64,000 nucleotides of DNA, from assembly GCA_963739375.1 (NCBI GenBank), contig CAVUAF010000006.1, positions 2,893 through 66,892 of the forward strand, written 5' to 3'. How positions within the stretch are numbered: the first letter of the stretch is position 1; the number at the start of each line of letters is the position of its first letter. The stretch comes from Terriglobia bacterium (GTDB lineage: Bacteria; Acidobacteriota; Terriglobia; Terriglobales; Acidobacteriaceae). Of the stretch, positions 27,367-36,638 are shown piece after piece. The notes under the pieces were generated by a model that searched no databases, was not told the origin of the DNA, and saw only the letters and a list, made by a program, of their open reading frames with translations. A program made the translations under genes and the position numbers.

Positions 27367-28596
27367 TCAACCCGCCAAGCCCTGCCTCACTTTTTCTTCC
27401 AGCGCCGCCGCAGCGCGCTCCAGCGCCGCCGCGTCGGGCGCGCCTCCCTGGGCGAGGTCCGTGGCGCCGCCGCCGCGTCCGCCCACCCCGGCCAGCGCCT
27501 CGCGTAGCAGCGCGCCACAATTCAGCGCCAGCCCCGGCGACTGGGCCAGCACCAGCGCCGGCTGCGCCGCCGTCGCGCGGAACACCGCGCAGCACTTCCC
27601 TGCCGCCGTCGCCTTCAACGCCAGCAGCTTGATGAACGCGGCCTCGCGGTCCGGGTAGCCCCGCGTCACCAGCTTCACCCCGCGCACGTCTTCCGCCGCG
27701 CCCAGCAGTCGCGCCGCTTCGGCTTCCGCCAGGTCTTCCAGCAGCCGCTGCTCGCGCTTGCTGCCCGCCTTGCTCTCGTCGAGCGCTTTGCGGATCTGCG
27801 CCGGCACGTCGTAGATGTGGGCCGAGAACAGCTCCGCCGCGCTGGTCAAGGTGGTGAAGTCGCGGCGCGCGGCGGCGACGGCGCGCAGCCCGCAGACAAA
27901 CTCCACCCGCATCCCCTGCCGCACTTTCTCGGTCTTGCGCACCAGGATGCCGCCGATCTGCCCCGTGTTGTGCACGTGCGTGCCGCCGCAGGCGCAGAGG
28001 TCGAAGTCGCGGATGTCGATCAGGCGGATCTCGCCGGCACGTTCCGGCAGCTTGCGCAGGCCGAGCGTGCGCGCTTCCTCCAGCGCGACGAAACGGACCG
28101 CCACCTCCCGGTCCTCCCCGATGACCTCGTTGGCCAGGCGCTCGGCGGCCACCGCCTGCTCGCGCGTCAGCCCGGGCGTCTCGAGGTCGATGGTGCACGA
28201 CTCCCCGCCCATGTGGAACGACACCGTCTGGGAGTTGTAGAGGCGGACGAACGCGGCCGAGAGCACGTGCTGCCCGGTGTGCTGCTGCATGTGGTCGCGC
28301 CGCCGCTCGCCATCGATTTCGCCGCGCACCTCGGCGCCCGGCGCCAACCCCGGCGCCGCTGCCGGCGCCAGGTAGTGGACGACGGCGCCGTCCTCGCGCT
28401 CCGCCACCTCGACCACCTCGGCGCGTAGCTCGCCAGCCAGCAGCCACCCGGTGTCGAACACCTGCCCGCCGCTGGTGGGATAAAACGCCGAGCGGTCCAG
28501 CACCACTGCCAGCCGCTCGCCCGCCGTCGCCACCTCGACCACGCGCGCGTCGAACTCCAGCCGGAAGGGATCGCGGTAGTAGATGCGTTCGGTCAT
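27367..28596 (-). CDS. Alanyl-tRNA editing protein (AlaX-L type; AlaRS editing domain plus C-terminal DHHA1-like domain)
   Basis: HTGQHVLSAAF (HxxxH) and CACGGTHV (CxxxH) zinc motifs of the Ala/Thr-tRNA synthetase second additional domain. The GGRGGGATDLAQGG tail resembles the AlaRS C-terminus. ATG at 28596 (MTERIYY). Confidence 0.85.
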   Translation of the reverse strand: MTERIYYRDPFRLEFDARVVEVATAGERLAVVLDRSAFYPTSGGQVFDTGWLLAGELRAEVVEVAEREDGAVVHYLAPAAAPGLAPGAEVRGEIDGERRRDHMQQHTGQHVLSAAFVRLYNSQTVSFHMGGESCTIDLETPGLTREQAVAAERLANEVIGEDREVAVRFVALEEARTLGLRKLPERAGEIRLIDIRDFDLCACGGTHVHNTGQIGGILVRKTEKVRQGMRVEFVCGLRAVAAARRDFTTLTSAAELFSAHIYDVPAQIRKALDESKAGSKREQRLLEDLAEAEAARLLGAAEDVRGVKLVTRGYPDREAAFIKLLALKATAAGKCCAVFRATAAQPALVLAQSPGLALNCGALLREALAGVGGRGGGATDLAQGGAPDAAALERAAAALEEKVRQGLAG

Positions 28597-28812
28597 CGGT
28601 AGTCGCCTGTAGTCAGTGTCGCGCAACGGACTAGCATTGTGATGTGTCGCAGTCTGCGCCGCCGCCGGCTGGCCGAGCTCGGCGCTCACCGCCGCATGTG
28701 TCCCCCGTCACAGTATCCCACGGGCTCCCGCGTAGGCTGGAGTCCGGATCGTTTGCCGCGCGACTTCGCCGCCGCGGCCGGGTTTCTCTTGATGAAGGGC
28801 TGTCCAGGCGTG

Positions 28813-31800
28813 ATGCGCATCCTGCCTGCCGTGCTCGCGGGTTCTCTGCTCTGCGCCACCGCGGCGGCGCAGACTAGCGGCAGTGTGTCGCTCCCGGCTA
28901 GTCCTGTGGTATTTCCGGTCGCGATCTGGGGCGGCAGCAGTTCCACAACGGCGACGGTCAGCAATCCCGGTCCCGGCGCGCTGATCATCACGGCAATTTC
29001 ACTCTCCAATCCCGAATTCAGTTTGCAGCAGTTGTCCTGCGGTACGCTCCCGGTAACGATCCCAGCCGGCGGTAGTTGCAGCCTGACCATTACCTTCCAG
29101 CCCGCTTACGCCGGCTGGCGCTTCGCCACCGTCAGCCTTACCGACTCGGCGGCGGGCAGCCCACATCAGTTCACGGTGCAAAGCGCGACAGCAGGTGCGG
29201 CTCCCACCGGCAGCGGGCTCTCCGCGGTCGCCAACTTCGGCGCTGCGCAGCCGATTGGGGTCACCACTGACCCGATCAATGTCTTCGTCTCCAATATCAA
29301 TGGTACGCCGGTGACCATCACGGGCTTTTCGACGAACTCGACGGAATACGCCGCCCAGCCCGGCAACTGTCTGGGGACCCTGCCCATCAGCGGCAGCTGC
29401 ACCGCCAGAATGACGTTTACCCCGGCGGCGGTGGGGTCGCGTCGGGGGTTGCTCATCGTCGCCAGCAATGTCGCGGGCAGCCCGCAGTATTTCGACGTAT
29501 TCGGTTCCGGCGGCGACTTTCCCCGTGCCCAATTTTATTTCAACGGCGCCGCCATCAGCCTGCTCGATCTCGGCAACCAGCTGATCGGCACCGCGGCCAC
29601 CTACACGGCGACGCTCGCCAGCACCGGCAGCCAGCCGCTGGCCATCACCGCCATCACCTTCAGCAGCGATACCAGCGAACTCACCCAGACCAACAACTGC
29701 CCCGCCTCGCTGCCGCCGGCGACCTCGTGCGCCTTCCAGGTGCGCTTCGCGCCCACGGGTTATGGCGTGAAAAACGCCACCCTCACGGTGACGGAAAACG
29801 CTGACAGTGCGCCCCGCCAACTGCCGATTCGGGCCATGGCCGTCAGTCCCGGCGCCCTCTCGCTCAGCGCCTCCGGGCTCAGTTTCGGAGCGGTGCCCGT
29901 TCACACCCCGAGCGCGCCGCAGAGCGTCACCGTGACCAATTCCGGCGGCGGCCCCCTGACCATCGCCGGCATCACCGCCGAGGGCCCTTTCGCACAGCAG
30001 AACAACTGCCCGGCGACCATGGGGCCGGGGGCCACGTGCACTATCCAGGTCACCTTCACCCCCCCGGACAACGTGCTATATCAGTTTGGTTCCATCACCA
30101 TCGCGGATGACGCACCGGGTTCGCCGCATGGCATTGGGATGGATGGCACTGGTTCCGGTCCGCCGGAAAGCGGCGTGGTCAGCCGCATCGCCGGCAACCA
30201 GGACGCCTCCGGCCCGCCTGACGAGCCGGCTCTCAACCCTCGCGGGGCCCTCATTGCGTGGCGCACCTCGCGCCTGAATACCGATTGCACTTACGTCGCG
30301 CTCGACGTTCAGTTCCACCGGTTTAAGGATCCTGTTGACTGCCCGACTCCTTGGGCCTCAACCCCCTTCACCTTTTCTGGTTTGGCGCTGCAAACCTCGA
30401 GCGGGCTCGACTCGGGAGTGATCACGCAGCCGAGTTCCAACGGCTATCAGGTTGGCGCCGTGTACATCGGCATTAACGGCTCCCATGTCCCCGGTTTCCG
30501 CATTGCGCCGGCCGCGCGAACCCCGAACGGCGACACCGATTTCGTGCAGCTCGGCGGCACCAGGTTCAGCTCCGATGGCGCCTACGTCGTCTTCCACGGC
30601 GCCTATGCCACCGCCTCCGGCACGTCGCCGTTGACGGTGATGATGGCGCAACCGTGCAGCGGGCTCCCCTCCAGTCCCTGCACCACCAACGCGACGGTAG
30701 TTGACTTCGGGCAGTCGCCCGCCGCCTCCGACCAGGCGCACTACATCGCGTTTGTGGGTGGCAGCGGCTCGCTCGCGCCCGGCCAGGTCCTGCTACGCGA
30801 CACCTGCAACGGTGCCGCGAGTTGCACTCCGCGCACCCTCCAGGTCGCGCTGACGCCGGCGGGCGGGCAGCCGGATGCACCCAGCGCGGCGCCCGCCATC
30901 AGCGCCGACGGCCGCTACGTCGCCTTCGAATCCGCGGCCACCAATCTGGTACCCGGCGACACCAACTCCGCCAGCGACATCTTCCTGCGCGACACCTGCC
31001 TGGGCGCGCCGCAGGGTTGCACGCCCACCACCACGCGCATTTCGGTTTCCACCATTGGGGGTGACGCCGCCGGGCCGAGCCGCGCGCCGCAGATCAGCTT
31101 CGACGGCCGCTACGTGACGTTTATCTCCGGGGCAAGCAATCTGGTCCCAACTGGAACCAACGCCCTCGACAACGTCTTCCTGCGCGACACCTGCCTCGAC
31201 GCGCCCGGTTGTACGCCGCGCACCCTGCTCGTCTCGGTCCGCAACGATGGCGCCCTGGCCAACGCCGCCAGCACCGAGTTCTCCGCCAGCGCCGACGCGC
31301 AGTACGTCGCCTTCACCTCGCAAGCCTCGAATCTCTACGACGACCAGCAGAACACCGGCGGCATCTTCCTCGCGCTCCCGCGGCCGGCGGCGCTTTCTCT
31401 GACCCCCAGCATCATCGCCGCTACCACCGATCCCAACATTGCCTTCACCTCCCTGCTGGTCACCGACAACTCCTCGCGCCCGCTGACCATCACCAACTTG
31501 AGCGCGACGCCGCCGTTCACCGTCACCAGCGATTGCCCGACAACGATGTACCCGGGCGGGAGTTGCTACCTGAACCTTCATCTGCCGCTCTACAGCCTCG
31601 GCCACTTCGACGGCCGGCTCACCATCACGCACGACGGCGATGGCGCCGTGCAGAACGTCCCCATCCACCTCGATTCCCACGGCCCGGTCGTGACCGTGAC
31701 CCCCGCATCGCTGAGCTTCCCGGCGACGTCAGTCGGCGGCAGCCGCACCCTCCAGGTGCAGGCGAGGAACGACGGTGACAGTCGGCTCTCCATTTGGCGG

Positions 31801-32829
31801 GTGCGCACCACTGGCGACTTCACGGCCAGCGGCTGTATCGGTTGGTGGAACCCGGGGACGTCGTGCATCGTCACCGTGACCTTCGCCCCCACCACCACCG
31901 GCGCCCGCAGCGGCGTCCTGGGGATCGACTACAGCGCGGTGGGGGGCGGCAGTGAGGTGCCGCTCACCGGCACCGGCGCCACTGCACAACTGGCGGCCAA
32001 CCCCGCTTTGCTGGCCTTCCCGGCAAACAACGTCGGCGCCAACAGCACACCGCAGGTGCTGACCCTGAGCAACACCGGCAGCCTCGCAGTTGCGATTGCC
32101 AGCGTCGGGATGAGTGGCGACTTCGCACAGACCAGCAACTGTGGCGCCAGCCTCGCCCCCGGCGCCAGTTGCTCCATCTCGGTGACCTTCACGCCCGCGG
32201 CCGGTGGCCCTCGCAGCGGGCAGCTCACCATCGCTAACGACAGTCCGGCAGGCGCGCTGGTGGTGGCACTCACCGGAACCGGCAGTGAGTTCGTCCTCTC
32301 CCCCGGCAGCGGCCCGACCTCGGCGACCATCGCGCGCGGCCAGAGCGCGCAGTTTGGCTTCACCGTGCAGTCAGTCGGCGGCTTCAACGGTGTGGTGAGC
32401 TCCATCTGCTCGGGTGCACCTCCGGGTGGGGGCTGCACGGTAACGCCGACGACTGTGACCGTCGACCCAATCTTCGCGATCGGTCCTTCTGTTGCCGTCA
32501 CCGTGACCACGGCCGCCTCGGCGGCGCAGCCCGGCCCGGTGGCCTCCGCATTGGGTGGATCCGGGATAATTTTCGGAGCGGTGCTGGGGCTGGGACTGCT
32601 GCTGGTGCTGCGGCGCCATGCGCGGCGGCTGTGGTCGCTGAGCACGCCGCTGGCACTCACGCTGCTGTTCGTCCTCGTGGCCTGTGGTGGCGGGAACTCC
32701 AGCGGTGGAAGCTCTCCGCCGCCGCCCTCCGGCTCCTCGGGAACGCCGCCGGGCAGCTACACGGTCGTCGTGACCGCCACTTCGGGCGCGATGACCCGCA
32801 CCCTGAATCTCACCGTCAACGTTCAGTAA
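28813..32829 (+). CDS. Giant secreted repeat protein: about 7 choice-of-anchor-D-like Ig-fold domains flanking a PD40/TolB-like beta-propeller region
   Basis: Signal peptide MRILPAVLAGSLLCATAAAQ. Repeated pattern LSFG..V......VTVTNSG...L.I..I...G.F.....C...L..G..C...V.F.P. Central repeats ISADGRYVAFESAATNLVPGDTN / ISFDGRYVTFISGASNLVP. An alternative ATG lies at 28792. Confidence 0.8.
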   Translation: MRILPAVLAGSLLCATAAAQTSGSVSLPASPVVFPVAIWGGSSSTTATVSNPGPGALIITAISLSNPEFSLQQLSCGTLPVTIPAGGSCSLTITFQPAYAGWRFATVSLTDSAAGSPHQFTVQSATAGAAPTGSGLSAVANFGAAQPIGVTTDPINVFVSNINGTPVTITGFSTNSTEYAAQPGNCLGTLPISGSCTARMTFTPAAVGSRRGLLIVASNVAGSPQYFDVFGSGGDFPRAQFYFNGAAISLLDLGNQLIGTAATYTATLASTGSQPLAITAITFSSDTSELTQTNNCPASLPPATSCAFQVRFAPTGYGVKNATLTVTENADSAPRQLPIRAMAVSPGALSLSASGLSFGAVPVHTPSAPQSVTVTNSGGGPLTIAGITAEGPFAQQNNCPATMGPGATCTIQVTFTPPDNVLYQFGSITIADDAPGSPHGIGMDGTGSGPPESGVVSRIAGNQDASGPPDEPALNPRGALIAWRTSRLNTDCTYVALDVQFHRFKDPVDCPTPWASTPFTFSGLALQTSSGLDSGVITQPSSNGYQVGAVYIGINGSHVPGFRIAPAARTPNGDTDFVQLGGTRFSSDGAYVVFHGAYATASGTSPLTVMMAQPCSGLPSSPCTTNATVVDFGQSPAASDQAHYIAFVGGSGSLAPGQVLLRDTCNGAASCTPRTLQVALTPAGGQPDAPSAAPAISADGRYVAFESAATNLVPGDTNSASDIFLRDTCLGAPQGCTPTTTRISVSTIGGDAAGPSRAPQISFDGRYVTFISGASNLVPTGTNALDNVFLRDTCLDAPGCTPRTLLVSVRNDGALANAASTEFSASADAQYVAFTSQASNLYDDQQNTGGIFLALPRPAALSLTPSIIAATTDPNIAFTSLLVTDNSSRPLTITNLSATPPFTVTSDCPTTMYPGGSCYLNLHLPLYSLGHFDGRLTITHDGDGAVQNVPIHLDSHGPVVTVTPASLSFPATSVGGSRTLQVQARNDGDSRLSIWRVRTTGDFTASGCIGWWNPGTSCIVTVTFAPTTTGARSGVLGIDYSAVGGGSEVPLTGTGATAQLAANPALLAFPANNVGANSTPQVLTLSNTGSLAVAIASVGMSGDFAQTSNCGASLAPGASCSISVTFTPAAGGPRSGQLTIANDSPAGALVVALTGTGSEFVLSPGSGPTSATIARGQSAQFGFTVQSVGGFNGVVSSICSGAPPGGGCTVTPTTVTVDPIFAIGPSVAVTVTTAASAAQPGPVASALGGSGIIFGAVLGLGLLLVLRRHARRLWSLSTPLALTLLFVLVACGGGNSSGGSSPPPPSGSSGTPPGSYTVVVTATSGAMTRTLNLTVNVQ

Positions 32830-34046
32830 GGCTGAATGATCCCTCCCAAACTGCGTGCCGCCGGCAGGGCGGCGCCGGCTTCCTGGTTGCGCTTGGTCTT
32901 CAGGTAGTCGGCGATCACGTCGATGTATTTCAGCCCCGACCCGGTATTGAACAGCACGACTTTCTGCCCGCGCTGGAAGAATCCGGTCTCCAGCAGCCGC
33001 CGATACGCGGCATACGCCGCCGCGCCTTCCGGCGCGGCGAAGATGCCTTCGTCGCGCGACCACGCCAGGAACGCGTCCATGATCGCGTCGTCGCTCACCG
33101 CCACCGCGGTGCCGCCGCTCTGCCGCAGAATGTCGAGGATGATGTAGTCGGCGTACGCCTTGGGGACGCGCAGCCCGGCCGCCAGCGTCTGCGCATGCGG
33201 CCACGCTTCGCTCACCGGCTTGTGTTCATCCCATGCTTTAGGGATAGGCGCGCAACCTGTTGATTGCACGGCAACCATGCGTGGGCGTTTCGGCCCGATC
33301 CAGCCCAGCTGTTCCATCTCGTCAAAGGCCTTCCACATCCCGATCAGTCCCACCCCGCCGCCGGTGGGATAGATGATGGCGTTGGGCAGCTCCCAGCCCA
33401 GTTGCTCCGCCACTTCGTACCCCATCGTCTTCTTGCCTTCCACGCGGAACGGCTCCTTCAGCGTGGAGATGTCGAACCACCCTTCCGCTTGCTTGCGCTC
33501 GCCGATCAGGCGCGCGCAGTCGCTGATGAGCCCTTCCACCAGCGTGACCTTGGCGCCGTAGGACTGGCACTCCACCAGGTTGGCCTGCGGCACGTCCTTG
33601 GGCATGAAGATGTGCGCCTCGATGCCGGCGGCGGCGGCGTACGCGGAAAGCGCGCTGGCGGCGTTCCCGGCCGACGGGATGGCCAGCTTGCGCAGGCCGT
33701 AGTGCTTTGCCATCGTGACCGCGGCGGCGAGGCCCCGGGCCTTGAACGAGCCGGTAGGGTTCAGGCCTTCGTCCTTGATCAGCACCCCATCGTCGCGGCG
33801 GCTGGGAAGCATGGGGGTGAAACCCTCGCCCAGGGTGACCGGCGTGGCATCGGGCAGCACGCCGGCGTAGCGCCACATCGAGGCCGGCCCCGTCGCCAGC
33901 GACTCGCGCGTGAATTGTTTCCGGATGCCGGCCAGGTCATAGCGGACGTACAGCGAGCCGGCGTCGCGCGGGCAGAGCGTCTGCGGCTCGGCGCCGCTCA
34001 GCCGTTCGCCGCACTTGGTGCATTCGAGATACGAGATCTTTGCCAT
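32823..34046 (-). CDS. thrC: Threonine synthase
   Basis: N-terminal zinc-ribbon-like YLECTKCGE...CPRD. PLP-lysine motif NPTGSFKARG. ATG at 34046 (MAKISYLEC). Confidence 0.9.
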   Translation of the reverse strand: MAKISYLECTKCGERLSGAEPQTLCPRDAGSLYVRYDLAGIRKQFTRESLATGPASMWRYAGVLPDATPVTLGEGFTPMLPSRRDDGVLIKDEGLNPTGSFKARGLAAAVTMAKHYGLRKLAIPSAGNAASALSAYAAAAGIEAHIFMPKDVPQANLVECQSYGAKVTLVEGLISDCARLIGERKQAEGWFDISTLKEPFRVEGKKTMGYEVAEQLGWELPNAIIYPTGGGVGLIGMWKAFDEMEQLGWIGPKRPRMVAVQSTGCAPIPKAWDEHKPVSEAWPHAQTLAAGLRVPKAYADYIILDILRQSGGTAVAVSDDAIMDAFLAWSRDEGIFAAPEGAAAYAAYRRLLETGFFQRGQKVVLFNTGSGLKYIDVIADYLKTKRNQEAGAALPAARSLGGIIQPY

Positions 34047-34117
34047 GGGGGCTTCCTGATGAGTCGCTCGGAATGAAAGAAACCGATGATTGTAGCAACC
34101 GGGAGCGCGTTCGGTGC

Positions 34118-34870
34118 CTAGCTCGCGGCCACGTTGGCGCCGCGCGGCGGCAGCTGTCTCAGGAAGGCACTGGCGCGGCTGAACCACGGGCGCTCGCGCC
34201 GCCGCAGATACGCGGGCAGCGTCGCCTTCTTGGCCAGCAGCCGCTGGGCCAGCTGCCGCGCTTCCTCGGTGCGCCCCTGCGCCGCCAGCAGGCAGGCATA
34301 GTTGAATTGCGTTTCCGAGAGCGTCGAAATGGTGAGGGCTTCTTCGAAGAGGCGCGCCGCGCCCTCGCGGTCGCCAAGCTGCGCCGTGACATACGCCAGC
34401 AGTCCCAGCGCGCGCCAGTAGTCGTGGTTGCGCTCCCGCGTCACCACCCGCTCCAGGTCAGCCCGCGCGGCGGCCAAGTCACCCAGCTCGATTTCCGCCA
34501 GCCCCCGCCCGTATAACGCGTGCGGCGAATCGGTGCGCGGCCCGAGCGCCTTGTCGTAGGCGGCGCGCGCCGCCGCGAAGTCGCCGTCTTCGCGGTAGAG
34601 GTCGGCTAGCTCCTCGTAGTTGCCCGGCGCCGGGTTATCGAGGATCGCCAGCTGCAGCTCGTGGATGCGCGAACGCCGCGGAAACACCCGGAACGACGAC
34701 GCGGACAGCAGCCGCGCGTCCGGCACCGCTTCCACCAGCAGGTAGACCAGCGCGCCCAGGCCGCCGCCGAAGATGATGATCCACAGCCAGAATCCATCCG
34801 GCCGGCGGCGCACGAAGTGCACGATCGCCAGCGCCTGCAGGATGATCCCATAGCCGAAGAGGCGAATCAT
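34118..34870 (-). CDS. Membrane protein with PLD-nuclease-N-like N-terminal TM pair and TPR repeats
   Basis: MIRLFGYGIILQALAIVHFVRRRPDGFWLWIIIFGGGLGALVYLL, then TPR-like repeats. ATG at 34870. Confidence 0.75.
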   Translation of the reverse strand: MIRLFGYGIILQALAIVHFVRRRPDGFWLWIIIFGGGLGALVYLLVEAVPDARLLSASSFRVFPRRSRIHELQLAILDNPAPGNYEELADLYREDGDFAAARAAYDKALGPRTDSPHALYGRGLAEIELGDLAAARADLERVVTRERNHDYWRALGLLAYVTAQLGDREGAARLFEEALTISTLSETQFNYACLLAAQGRTEEARQLAQRLLAKKATLPAYLRRRERPWFSRASAFLRQLPPRGANVAAS

Positions 34871-34933
34871 GACGCGGAATATAGCATGCACGGCGCCGCC
34901 CGCCCGCCGCCGCGGCACCCGCTACAATGATCT

Positions 34934-35767
34934 GTGAGCCCCATTCGCCTGCTCGCCATCGACATTGATGGCACGCTGCTCAACAGCCAGTACCAGGTCC
35001 CGTCCGCGAACCTGGCGGCCATCCACCGCGCCCACCAGCGCGGCCTCGAGATCGTGCTGGTCACCGGCCGCCGCCACACCTTTGCCCTGCCCATCGCCCG
35101 GCAACTCGGCCTCTCCCTGTGGCTCATCAGCTCCAACGGCGCGGTGACCAAATCCCTGGCCGGCGAGCTCTTTCACCGCGATTTCCTGCCCGCCGCCACC
35201 GCGCGCCGCATCTGCGCCCACATGGACGAATTCCGCAGCGCCATGGTCATCACCTTCGACCGCGAAGACCGCGGGGCGCTGGTGCTGGAACATGCCGCCG
35301 CCTTCACCGGCAGCATCAGCGGCTGGATGCAGCGCAATGCCGCCTTCATCACCGAGCTGGCGCCGCTCGAGCAGTGCCTCACCTGCGACCCGGTGCAGGC
35401 CATGTTCTGCGGCGCCGTCGCGCCGATGCAGCGCGCCTACCGGCGCCTGTGCGAGCTCGATAGCGACGTCACCGTGCTGCGCACCGAATATCCCAAGCGC
35501 GATCTTTCCATCGTCGACGTGCTGAACCGCTCCTGCTCCAAGGGCGCGGCCCTGGCGCGCTGGGCGCGGCATCGCGGCCTGGCGCCGAACGCGGTGGCCG
35601 CCATCGGCGACAACTTCAACGATATCGAGATGCTCGCCTTCGCCGGCGCCGCGTACGTCATGGCCAACGCCGCCGACGAGATGCGGCAGCGCCCCGGCTG
35701 GCGCGTGACCGCCTCCAACGATGACGCCGGCGTCGCCCAGGCGATTGCCGAGATCCTCGGCGCTTGA
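34934..35767 (+). CDS. HAD-IIB (Cof-type) phosphatase
   Basis: LLAIDIDGTLL (DxDGT) motif I, VTGR, and GDNFNDIEM motif IV. GTG start. Confidence 0.85.
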   Translation: MSPIRLLAIDIDGTLLNSQYQVPSANLAAIHRAHQRGLEIVLVTGRRHTFALPIARQLGLSLWLISSNGAVTKSLAGELFHRDFLPAATARRICAHMDEFRSAMVITFDREDRGALVLEHAAAFTGSISGWMQRNAAFITELAPLEQCLTCDPVQAMFCGAVAPMQRAYRRLCELDSDVTVLRTEYPKRDLSIVDVLNRSCSKGAALARWARHRGLAPNAVAAIGDNFNDIEMLAFAGAAYVMANAADEMRQRPGWRVTASNDDAGVAQAIAEILGA

Positions 35768-35817
35768 TCCCGGCGGCGCCGCGTCCCTGCGGCCTGTTAC
35801 ACTCAGCCCAGCCGCCC

Positions 35818-36561
35818 ATGAAATCCACTTTCTCCATTCTGCTGCTCGCGGGCCTGGCCTGGGGCGCCGGCCCGGCTGCGCTCCCCACCCCGCCGGCCGC
35901 GGTCGCGGGAGCGCCGCGCGGCTGCTATGCGGTGCTGGCCAACGGCTTCAGCATCCGGCATCTGCGGCGCCAGGCACTCGGCGCCACCACCCGCCTGTGG
36001 CTGGGCGACGCCGCTACCGGCTACGTGGACGTGCCGGCGGAACAGATCATCCGCTTCGAGCAGGAAGAGATCGCGCCGCCGCCGGCTGCGGCGCCGGTCC
36101 TGCCGACACCCGCCGGGCCGCCGCGCCTTACCCCGCAACAGGCCATCGCCGACGCCGGCGCCCGCCACCAGATCGATCCCGACTTCATCGCCAGCGTGGT
36201 GCGCGCCGAGAGTGCCTTCAACCCGCGCGCGGTCTCGCCCAAAGGCGCCCAGGGACTCATGCAGCTCATGCCGCAGACGGCGTCGCAGCTCGGCGTCGCC
36301 GATAGCTTCGATCCCGCGGCCAACGTCGAGGCCGGCACCCGCCACCTGCGGGAGCTGTTGCTGAGCTATCGCGGCGACGTGCCGCGCGCCCTGGCCGCCT
36401 ACAATGCCGGGGCGCAGCGCGTGGCGCAGTACGGCGGCGTGCCGCCCTACCCCGAGACCCGCGCCTACGTCAACCGCGTCATCCGCGACTACAACCGCCA
36501 CAAGCTTGCCGCCGGCAAAAATCCGGAATCTCCCCCCGCCCGCTTTGCATCACCTCGGTAA
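35818..36561 (+). CDS. Lytic transglycosylase (SLT domain) with signal peptide
   Basis: SVVRAESAFNPRAVSPKGAQGLMQLMP...AYNAG motifs of family 1 lytic transglycosylases. ATG at 35818 (MKSTFSILLLAGLAWG). Confidence 0.9.
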   Translation: MKSTFSILLLAGLAWGAGPAALPTPPAAVAGAPRGCYAVLANGFSIRHLRRQALGATTRLWLGDAATGYVDVPAEQIIRFEQEEIAPPPAAAPVLPTPAGPPRLTPQQAIADAGARHQIDPDFIASVVRAESAFNPRAVSPKGAQGLMQLMPQTASQLGVADSFDPAANVEAGTRHLRELLLSYRGDVPRALAAYNAGAQRVAQYGGVPPYPETRAYVNRVIRDYNRHKLAAGKNPESPPARFASPR

Positions 36562-36638
36562 CCGGAAAATCCTGAATTCCCCGCCGTGAGGCCGGGCTTT
36601 CACGGTACAATCGCCGCCACTTGGGTCGTTCTGTGCAC

